Origin: an uncultured Holophaga sp. | GTDB lineage: Bacteria; Acidobacteriota; Holophagae; Holophagales; Holophagaceae | Reading direction: 5' to 3' | Length of the DNA: 64,000 bases | NCBI GenBank assembly: GCA_963664825.1 | Contig: OY761614.1 | Location: 3,040,001 to 3,104,000, forward strand | Shown here: piece after piece, positions 1 through 7,976 of the stretch | Layout of the letters: each line of letters starts with the position of its first letter | Numbering within the stretch: position 1 is the stretch's first letter | Translations under genes and position numbers: made by a program | Notes under the pieces: model-generated | Database searches by the model: none | Told to the model about the DNA's origin: nothing | What the model saw: only the letters and a program-made list of their open reading frames with translations

Positions 1-89
1 CGTCAAGGCGTAAGAATCCAGCTTGATGGAAAGGTGTTCTTTGGGGTCGCATCGTCTGCTCAGCATTCCACTCCCCTCCATTTTCGTCT

Positions 90-240
90 TGGCGGCCAGT
101 TCGACGACTTGGCGCTCCACGCCGTGGGTGTCGGTATAGCTGCGGGTGCGCTTCTCTCCGTGGATTAGGACGGCCTAGCCCTTGGCCAGGAGCTTCCCAG
201 CGTGGGTCGCGAGGGTGCCCCAGGGGTATCGCACGGGCCA
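90..240 (-). pseudogene. ssb: Single-stranded DNA-binding protein (SSB) remnant with in-frame stop
   Basis: Manual translation WPVRYPWGTLATHAGKLLAKG*AVLIHGEKRTRSYTDTHGVERQVVELAA resembles the SSB OB-fold C-terminal half (W...WGKLAE...L.KG..V...G..RTRS.TD..GVER...E..A); TAG at 177-175. Confidence 0.7.
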
Positions 241-441
241 CGGATCAGCAGGTGCGGAAGTTGTGCGCAGCACAGGCGGACTCGGGCGGATCCTTGCGAG
301 GCGGACTGAGAGGACATCGGGCGGCGCTGGCCCACCTCCTCAGTAACGCGTGGGGAGCAGGCCAACCGCTTGGCCAGTAGGCCGGGCATCAGGGCCTTTG
401 GGGGGACCTTGAGATCTAGAGTCACGCTAGAGTCATGACGC

Positions 442-468
442 AAAAACGGCCACCTCGTAGGTGGCCGT
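442..468 (-). terminator. Intrinsic terminator-like hairpin beyond the distal att copy
   Basis: acggccacct-cgt-aggtggccgt stem followed by a T-run on the minus strand. Confidence 0.6.
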
Positions 469-481
469 AAGTGTTGTGTTT

Positions 482-532
482 ATTGGTGGTCCCGGGGCGA
501 TTCGAACGCCCGACCCTCAGATTCGTAGTCTG
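482..532 (-). repeat. att direct repeat: copy of the tRNA-Arg 3' part
   Basis: 51 bp matching 10339-10389 with one mismatch (496 G vs 10353 A). Confidence 0.95.
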
Positions 533-697
533 TAGCAGGCCTTCGGACTCGAAACCATCTCAACACTCAAAGCCTTGTTTTTCAGGCATGTATCAAAGAT
601 CGTTGTTTGGGGAAGGGCGGTAGAGCATTAGAATATTCCCCGTTGCTTTGTAGCTTCAAGCGTATCTCTCTATCGTGCCTTTGCAAGGGGAATCCTC

Positions 698-1894
698 ATG
701 GCTGCCGTCAAGCTCAACACCCGCGTCATTACAGAGCTTGAGCCGAAGGAAAAGACCTATGCCGTGTTCGACACGGAGATCCGGGGCTTCGGGGTCCGGG
801 TCTGGCCCAGTGGCGTGAAGGTCTTCGTGTTCAAGTACGAGCGGCAGGCCAAACAGCATTGGCTGACCCTTGGCCGCTTCGGGGAGCTCACCTTCGAGCA
901 GGCCAAGAAGCGCGCCCTCAAGCATCGACTGGAAATCACGGATGGGCAGAACCCCGGCGCCGTCATTCGGGCCAAAAGGGAAGCCCCGAGCGTGGCCGAT
1001 CTGGCAGATCGATTCCTTCGGGACCATGCCGACCTGAAGACCAAACCCCGGACGGCGGCAGAGTATCGCCGCATGGTGGAACTCTTCATCAAACCGAAAC
1101 TTGGAAGGCTCAAGGTGGCGGACGTACTGCCCGCTGATGCCTATGAATTTCACACCAGCCTCGCCAAGACTCCGCGTCAGGCGAACCATACCTTGGCGGT
1201 GCTCTCCAAGATGTTCAGCCTCGCGGAACTCTGGGGATGGCGAACCCAAAACACGAATCCCTGCTTCATCGTGGAACGCCTCCCGGAGCGGCGGCGGGAC
1301 CGTTTCTTGACAGAGAAGGAATTGGAACGATTGGGGCAAGTGATACAGGAAATGGAAGACGCCATCACGGATTCCATCTACGTCTTTGCCGCTCTTCGGA
1401 TGCTCATCTTCACGGGCGCCCGCCTCAGTGAAATCCTCACCCTTACCTGGGCCATGGTGGATCTGGAAAACGGAATGCTTCGCCTTCCGGATTCGAAAAC
1501 CGGGGCCAAGGTGATCTTTTTGAATCCCCCGGCTATTCGCCTTCTCAAAGTTCTTCCTGAGATCCAGGACAACCCTTATGTTTTCCCCGGCGACCGGGAA
1601 AACGACCGCCTGGTGAACCTCGAAAAGCCCTGGCGGAAGATCCGCGACAAAGCCGGGTTGCCCAATGTCCGAATCCACGATTTGAGGCACACCTTCGCGA
1701 GCATGGCGGCCCAGTCAGGATTGAGTCTTCAGGTGGTGGGCGCCCTCCTCGGGCACACCCATCCGAGCACCACTAAGCGGTATTCGCATTTCGGCACACA
1801 GCCCCTTCTGGACAGCAGCAAACAGGTTGGGGCGAAGCTGGCCAAGGCCCTCGAACAGCCTGTCAAGAAACCCAGTAAGAAACAGGGTTCGTGA
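698..1894 (+). CDS. int: Tyrosine recombinase/integrase with N-terminal arm-binding domain
   Basis: Catalytic motifs TGARLSEI, SKTG, HDLRH, LLGH, RY; N-terminus like Arm-DNA-bind_3/DUF4102; adjacent to att. Confidence 0.95.
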   Translation: MAAVKLNTRVITELEPKEKTYAVFDTEIRGFGVRVWPSGVKVFVFKYERQAKQHWLTLGRFGELTFEQAKKRALKHRLEITDGQNPGAVIRAKREAPSVADLADRFLRDHADLKTKPRTAAEYRRMVELFIKPKLGRLKVADVLPADAYEFHTSLAKTPRQANHTLAVLSKMFSLAELWGWRTQNTNPCFIVERLPERRRDRFLTEKELERLGQVIQEMEDAITDSIYVFAALRMLIFTGARLSEILTLTWAMVDLENGMLRLPDSKTGAKVIFLNPPAIRLLKVLPEIQDNPYVFPGDRENDRLVNLEKPWRKIRDKAGLPNVRIHDLRHTFASMAAQSGLSLQVVGALLGHTHPSTTKRYSHFGTQPLLDSSKQVGAKLAKALEQPVKKPSKKQGS

Positions 1895-2046
1895 AGGGAT
1901 TGGGAGGGGTGGCCGGCTCGCCCTCGCCAGGGTCACGCCAGGGGAAAAAGCGCCCCTGTCATGCCCCCGGCGGTGAGGGCGCCCGTGTCGCTGTTCAACC
2001 CACACCAGCGCTTATTGAAGTGGTCCCAACGCGGCGTGTCGCTCCG

Positions 2047-2401
2047 GTCACCCATCGGACCCCGACCCTCGCGGGGGGTCCGATGGGTGACGGCAGCAGG
2101 CGGATATCAGGAGGGGGGCAAGCCCCCCCTGAAGAACTGCAATAGAGGGGAGAGCCCTCGGGATCCGGCAGCAGAGGTTCCGGGCCTTTGGCCCTCGAAA
2201 ATCCATGCTGATGTCTCGTCGAAAAGGTCCGGTTGTGGGAAACGCGAAGCGTTTTCCAGCCACGGGCCGAGGGGGTGGGAACCCTGGGGAAGGTCCCCTC
2301 GGGACCGCTTGCCTGTGGACCCGAAGGGCGGATGAAATCCGTTCCGCGAAGCGGAATCCATCGGGCAATCCACAGGGTTTCCATGCCCGAGCAACCGGAC
2401 C
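2047..2401 (+). other. Highly structured non-coding region, candidate single-strand origin
   Basis: 17-bp perfect inverted repeat 2047-2091; outer stem 2226-2235/2392-2401 enclosing several GAA-triloop hairpins. Confidence 0.55.
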
Positions 2402-2652
2402 GGGAATGGAGCTTGGATCGCGCTGGAACACCTCAAAGATGGGGAAGTGCGCCGAGGTTGGCCGGGACCTGGGGGCACCGCTTGCGGCGGTGGCAAGTTG
2501 AGTCCTCTGGAACATTGTACAGAAGCGACAGTATAAGATGCATAAATACAAATACATACATAACTAGAAATGATACTAGAAGAGTATTGTGGAATTTGTC
2601 CGCTTCTAGCTATATGCTCAAGGTGTCAGTATTCGTTGGAGATTTTCACAAC

Positions 2653-3216
2653 ATGGCTAAAGAAGCGGATGTTAAGACGCGTAGAAACAGTAATAAGGCG
2701 CGATCTAGCAAAACCCAATTCAACATGCCCTTGAGCGTGGAAGAGGCCCGGCAATTTGACATGATCCAAGCCGCCTGGAGCCTTCCGTCCAAGGCGGAAA
2801 CGTTCCGATGGATGCTCAAGGATTGCCATGAGCGGACCACGACCAAGGAGCACGAAACGATCCTCGGAATGTTTGGTCAGGTCCGGGGAGCGTTGGAGTC
2901 CCTCTTGGTGGAGCAGTCCCAATTCAGAACCGATTTGACCCGCGATGTCATGCGCCTGGTTGAGCGCGCCGGAAATGCCGCTGATCGAATCACGCTTGTC
3001 TCGGAAGCGGCTACCGAGAAGATCGGAAGCCGGGTCGAAAACTCGATCGCAATCACCCGGCAAATGGAACTCGACCTCAAGGAACAACTCGCCGCCGCCA
3101 ACAAGATGCTCTTCTCGGCTTTGGTCCGAATGAAGGTCGAACAGGCCTACCTGCCCGATCATGTGAAGGCGGCCATCAAGGAAGGGCTCAATCGATCCGG
3201 CCTCGCGGGCGTGTGA
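2653..3216 (+). CDS. Hypothetical protein, ribbon-helix-helix-like N-terminus plus coiled coil
   Basis: In-frame ATG at 2653 within ORF 2233..3216; TQFNMPLSVEEARQFD...SKAETFRWML resembles RHH/CopG; helical C-terminus. Confidence 0.6.
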   Translation: MAKEADVKTRRNSNKARSSKTQFNMPLSVEEARQFDMIQAAWSLPSKAETFRWMLKDCHERTTTKEHETILGMFGQVRGALESLLVEQSQFRTDLTRDVMRLVERAGNAADRITLVSEAATEKIGSRVENSIAITRQMELDLKEQLAAANKMLFSALVRMKVEQAYLPDHVKAAIKEGLNRSGLAGV

Positions 3217-3596
3217 CTCATGGCGGGTGCAGATTCGAGGTTTGGATGGGGCGATTGGGAGCCTAGAATCAAATCCATGTTCTTCACGATTCGGGATTGC
3301 ATCGCTCCACGGTCTCCCTTTGTTGGGAGAGGGCGGGCCAATGGGGATTCGTTTCCCATCCGGCTTAGTGAAGTTCAAGACCATCCCACTTCGTGGTTTA
3401 AGAGACAGGATTGCACTTCCAGTCTTGAGGTTGATACCCGGCGATTTGGTCTGGATAGGTCCCACTTTAAAAGGACCGTTGATCTGATCTTGGGCGTTTT
3501 TTTCGTCCAGGAATTCTGTCGCGCAATCGCTACTCTCGCCATAGCCTTTGGGCAAAAATGCGTACAGTGGCAATTCTGTGCTGATCGAGAACAATA

Positions 3597-4574
3597 ATGA
3601 ATGCAGACCTACTTCGTCGCCTAATGAGAGCCATCGCTGAAGGTGGCTCTGGTGAATTGGAACAACTAGGGCATACGATTATCGAAAGTGAGCGGCGCCT
3701 TGGTCATACGAAGCTGTCGTCAGAATTGCTTTCAATTTTAATAAAAAAATCTAAAAATCGTAACCAAGGCGAATCAAGCCTAAAAGGTGATCAATCCCTT
3801 AAAGAATTGCCATCGAGCAAGAGGCGGGGGGATCTATTAGCAACCTTTATTGAGCATGATTCTTTGGAACACACGATGATTCTCCCTCCTGAGACGGAGA
3901 TGAGATTCGCAAGAATTGAGTCTGAGTTTTCCGCAAGAGAACGGCTTGGTCTGCATGGACTTACCTATAGGCGATCAATCCTTCTTCATGGGCCTCCTGG
4001 TTGTGGGAAATCGCTTGGTGCAAAAAGGCTTGCATGGAATACAGGATTGCCACTTATGAAAGTAAGATTTGATGCATTGATATCTTCATTTTTTGGAGAA
4101 TCTGCATCAAATCTTCGTACTGTTTTTGATGCAGCTAACGAAAAGCCGTGTGTTCTTTTGTTTGATGAATGTGATTTTCTTGCCAGATCGAGAATTAATT
4201 CAAAAGATATTGGAGAGGCATCTAGGATTGTCAATACTCTACTGCAGCTAATGGAGGAATTTGAGGCGCCTGGGCTGCTTGTTGCTACTACAAACATTGA
4301 ATCAGCATTGGATCCTGCAATATTTCGTAGATTTGATGATGTCTTTGAGGTCCCGCCGCCTGGTCCTCAAGAAATTGTTAAGTTGATGCAATTGACGCTG
4401 GCTTCGATTAAATATGATGGCAATATTGGTTGGGATAAAATTACATCAAAGCTCGGTAAGGCTTCGGCAGCAATGGCTGTTAAAGCAGCGCAGAATGCCG
4501 CAAAGGCTGCAGTCCTTTCCGGTCGTTTGGTTGTTTCCGAACAACACCTTGTTAAAGCTATAGCTGAATTGTAA
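3597..4574 (+). CDS. ietA: AAA+ ATPase, IetA-like
   Basis: Walker A GPPGCGKS, Walker B LLFDE, LDPAIFRRFD; directly upstream of an S8 protease; AT-rich. Confidence 0.88.
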   Translation: MNADLLRRLMRAIAEGGSGELEQLGHTIIESERRLGHTKLSSELLSILIKKSKNRNQGESSLKGDQSLKELPSSKRRGDLLATFIEHDSLEHTMILPPETEMRFARIESEFSARERLGLHGLTYRRSILLHGPPGCGKSLGAKRLAWNTGLPLMKVRFDALISSFFGESASNLRTVFDAANEKPCVLLFDECDFLARSRINSKDIGEASRIVNTLLQLMEEFEAPGLLVATTNIESALDPAIFRRFDDVFEVPPPGPQEIVKLMQLTLASIKYDGNIGWDKITSKLGKASAAMAVKAAQNAAKAAVLSGRLVVSEQHLVKAIAEL

Positions 4575-4607
4575 GGCCTTGATTGACCAAGGAATTTCAC
4601 ATGGGGT

Positions 4608-7211
4608 ATGTTTATGCCAAACGAACATAATTTCGAGCATCTTCGTTTGATATTTGCAAAACAAGGAATAGCTCGCTTGCATGGGGGTGGGGAATCCAAT
4701 CCGATTACTGTTCAGAATAAGGACAATCGAGCTGGGCATTGCGACACCCTCATGAAGTCCGCCTGTTCGATCTCCGGCGCTTGGGGGGAGCGATTCGCAA
4801 GCCGTGCTCGGGAAAATCTCCCAGATCTTAGGGCAGGTATTCCGCTTTTGTTAAAAATCGACGAATCGATGGATGTCGATAGTTTGAGACATTTTTTGGG
4901 GTTTGAGATTATATCTGAAGAGGATAATGGTTTTGTTATCGTTGCTTCTGAGGACTTAAATCTTGGTCACTTGATTTCAAAAATAAATGATTTCAATAAT
5001 AGTGTCACAGGCTCTGCTGCTGTTGCTCAGATTCATGAATTGATTGAAGAGTCCGAAGAAGAGAATCGCTTATCAAGGATTTTGTCAGATGAGCTGAAAA
5101 ATGAATGGGCATCAATTGGGGATACGGATGACTACGTTGTAGATGTTTCTATCTCATGCTCCGGGAATTGGGTCATCCCAAAAAAACCTAAAAAAGGACG
5201 TCTAAAGCCTGAGACATGGGAGCGGAAGCTTCGTGAATGGAACGAAAATTACGAAACATCCTATATAAAATGGGACAATTTGCGCGAAGAGCGCAAGGAT
5301 GCCATTGGTAACATTATAAATTATTATGGGTCAGAGATAGTTGATGAATATGAGCAAAGTGATGGCGAAACCATTCCGGATAACTTCACTCTTCGCATCA
5401 AATTAACGGGCAAGGCTCTTCGTGATTTTGCCTCGAATTATCCTTATATTTTTGAAATTGGAGAGCCTGAAGATATTGAAACTCCACAAGGTGTGAGGAG
5501 GCAAGATTCGTTAGCTGTCCCTGATGTATCTATTTTGGCGGCACCGGCATCTGCTCCGACGGTTTGCGTCATCGATAGCGGCATTCAGGAGAATCATATT
5601 TGGATCAACCCTGCAATCGATACCGCTAACTCGTTCTGTTTTGTCCCGTATGAATCGCCCACCGACACGGCTGATTACGTGAGCAATGGGGGGCATGGAA
5701 CTCGCGTGGCCGGAGCTATTCTGTATGGTGAGGCTGTCCCGACAGGTGGCACCGTTCAATTAAATGCATGGATTCAAAATGCTCGGGCGCTTGATAAAAA
5801 CTGTGCTTTATCTAGAAGCGTGTTGCCAGAGAAATTAATCAGCCAGGTTGTCGCAAAATACCACAATGGTGATAGGCCGACCAAAATATTTAATCATTCG
5901 ATTAATTCAATAGTGCCGCACAGAAGTAGGCATATGTCTTCGTGGGCATTTGAGATGGATAAATTGTCATATCGGCATGATATATTAATTATTCAAAGCG
6001 CTGGCAATATTCAGCGGTCTGGACCGCCAAATAATCCTGGTGTTGAAGAATTGATTGCATCGGGACATGATTATCCTGAATATTTGACGCGTCGGTCGTG
6101 TAGGATTGCCAATCCGGGGCAGAGCCTTCAGGTGCTGACTGTCGGTTCTATTTCGTATGATCAATTCAGTGATGGTCATTGGGCAAGCTTCTCTGACCAA
6201 TATTCAAAACCTTCTGCTTTCAGTCGGGCTGGATTTGGGATCTGGGATTCAATAAAGCCTGAAGTTGTTGAATTTGGAGGAGATTACTTGCATAGCGGCA
6301 GGCAATCAACGTCTGTGGCTATTCCGGCAACTGGGTCAGCATGCTATCCCGAATTAATTAGATCAACATTGCACGGTGGTCCCGCATTCAGTAAAGATAT
6401 CGTCGGAACCTCGTTTTCGACCCCAAAAGTTTCAAAGCTCGCGGCAAGTATCCAGGCTGTATTACCCGAAGAGTCCTGCCTTATATATAGGGCTCTTATT
6501 GTTCAGTCTGCGCGTTGGCCGAATTGGGCTGAATCACTTACTCGAGACGAGAAGGTGCCGGTTTTGCAGCAAATCGGTTATGGTGTTCCTGATCTAAATC
6601 GAGCAACTACGAATACTCCCTATAGGACGACTTTTATAACGTCGAATGAATACGAATTAAAAGCTGGGGAATGTCATATTTTCCAAATCCCGATTCCTGA
6701 TCGACTTCGCTCCCCAGGTACCGAATATCAAATTCGGCTAGATATAACTCTTTCTTATTCTGCAGAGCCAAAGAGAACCAGGAAAGGGCGGCGAGGCTAC
6801 CTTTCTACATGGTTGGATTGGGAGACAAGTCGGAAAGGTGAGTCGATTGAAGCTTTTACGAATAGGGCGGTAAGGGAAGCTGCAAAAACTTCAACCGAGG
6901 GTCAATCCATTAATTGGACACTCGGCACTCAGGGTAATCATGGCATAATCCCTATTGCAAATCGAAATAATGGAACCGTCCAGAAAGATTGGGCTCAAAT
7001 TAGTTCAAATGAACTCCCTGAATTCTTTTGCATCGCTGTTCGCGGCCACCAGGGATGGAACAAAGATCCAGAGGCCTCTGCAAAATATGTTTTGGCTGTT
7101 TCAATAGAAAATATTGGAAGTGAAATTGAAATATATGAAGACCTTCGAGCCGCTGTCCAGGAACTTCAGTCTGAAACAGAGGTCGAGATGGAGCTGGAGG
7201 TAGATGTTTAG
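4608..7211 (+). CDS. ietS: S8 subtilisin-like serine protease, IetS-like
   Basis: Catalytic triad motifs VCVIDSG, GHGTRVAG, GTSFSTP; oxyanion SAGN; no signal peptide. Confidence 0.9.
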   Translation: MFMPNEHNFEHLRLIFAKQGIARLHGGGESNPITVQNKDNRAGHCDTLMKSACSISGAWGERFASRARENLPDLRAGIPLLLKIDESMDVDSLRHFLGFEIISEEDNGFVIVASEDLNLGHLISKINDFNNSVTGSAAVAQIHELIEESEEENRLSRILSDELKNEWASIGDTDDYVVDVSISCSGNWVIPKKPKKGRLKPETWERKLREWNENYETSYIKWDNLREERKDAIGNIINYYGSEIVDEYEQSDGETIPDNFTLRIKLTGKALRDFASNYPYIFEIGEPEDIETPQGVRRQDSLAVPDVSILAAPASAPTVCVIDSGIQENHIWINPAIDTANSFCFVPYESPTDTADYVSNGGHGTRVAGAILYGEAVPTGGTVQLNAWIQNARALDKNCALSRSVLPEKLISQVVAKYHNGDRPTKIFNHSINSIVPHRSRHMSSWAFEMDKLSYRHDILIIQSAGNIQRSGPPNNPGVEELIASGHDYPEYLTRRSCRIANPGQSLQVLTVGSISYDQFSDGHWASFSDQYSKPSAFSRAGFGIWDSIKPEVVEFGGDYLHSGRQSTSVAIPATGSACYPELIRSTLHGGPAFSKDIVGTSFSTPKVSKLAASIQAVLPEESCLIYRALIVQSARWPNWAESLTRDEKVPVLQQIGYGVPDLNRATTNTPYRTTFITSNEYELKAGECHIFQIPIPDRLRSPGTEYQIRLDITLSYSAEPKRTRKGRRGYLSTWLDWETSRKGESIEAFTNRAVREAAKTSTEGQSINWTLGTQGNHGIIPIANRNNGTVQKDWAQISSNELPEFFCIAVRGHQGWNKDPEASAKYVLAVSIENIGSEIEIYEDLRAAVQELQSETEVEMELEVDV

Positions 7212-7264
7212 TGTGGTGACATTGGTAACAACTGAAGAATCGAAACAGCTAGCCGTTCCTCGCT

Positions 7265-7579
7265 TCAGTTCTCGATGAACCGCTCTGGTTCGAAATCCTG
7301 CTCCATCCTCATCACGCCGATAACCCACAGCTCCTTCCCGGCGATCCGGTAGATCACCCGGAAGGGGCGTACGCTGAGGAGTTCCCGGTAAGTCTGTCCC
7401 AGCTCCGGGATGAAGCGGGCCATCTCAGGGAAAGCGGCTGCATGTTCGACAGCTTCCATGACTCGGGCGAAGAGGTTTTGGGCGGCCTCGGGGTTCTCAA
7501 AGGCGATGTATGACAGCAGGGCGTCAAGGTCCCGTTCGGCGGGATCCGACCAACGAACGCTGAGGGGTTTCAGGCCCAT
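7265..7579 (-). CDS. RelE/ParE family toxin
   Basis: VRWSDPAERDL...YIA.ENP.AA...FRVIYRI pattern; overlaps the antitoxin stop. Confidence 0.88.
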   Translation of the reverse strand: MGLKPLSVRWSDPAERDLDALLSYIAFENPEAAQNLFARVMEAVEHAAAFPEMARFIPELGQTYRELLSVRPFRVIYRIAGKELWVIGVMRMEQDFEPERFIEN

Positions 7580-7833
7580 CGCTTCGCCATCCGGGCCTTC
7601 ACGTCTGCGTGAGAGCTTGCCCGCCCTTCCGTGAAGGCCTGTTCGCCCTTGGCGATGACCTCCAGCAGTTCGAGGCGATGAAGCATGCCCTTGTAGGTCG
7701 CCACATCCAGCATGACGGCAGCCTCCTTGCCGTGCTCTGTGATGAGCACCGGCACACGATCAGCGCGGAGCTGGTCGATGATCTCGGTTGCGTGGCGCTT
7801 GATTTCGGTGACGGGCTTCAGGGCGGGCAACAT
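7570..7833 (-). CDS. Phd/YefM family antitoxin
   Basis: Start refined to ATG 7833 after GGAGG; VTEIKRHATEIID...PVLITEHGKEAAVML. Confidence 0.88.
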   Translation of the reverse strand: MLPALKPVTEIKRHATEIIDQLRADRVPVLITEHGKEAAVMLDVATYKGMLHRLELLEVIAKGEQAFTEGRASSHADVKARMAKRWA

Positions 7834-7976
7834 GGCGGGCCTCCAGAACCAAGAATGATACTTTAGTGCCACTTCGGCAAGGGCCTCATGGTTGAACCTG
7901 ATTACTGGCTCCGCGATCTGGGCGTACCGCTTCGTGCCCCATTCGGGACTGGATGCGCTGTCAGGCTTGAGTTGTG

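Noticed and set aside
484..532. Second tRNA gene
   Set aside because: Only the 3' part is present (no D-arm or 5' acceptor strand); it is the att duplication
656..1690. 344-aa minus-strand ORF
   Set aside because: Antisense shadow of the integrase
2233..2652. N-terminal extension of ORF 2233..3216
   Set aside because: Runs through the hairpin cluster and the AT-rich promoter-like region; ATG 2653 is more plausible
2626..3594. 322-aa minus-strand ORF
   Set aside because: Mostly antisense to the RHH-like gene with no recognisable motifs; a small remnant at 3220-3594 cannot be excluded
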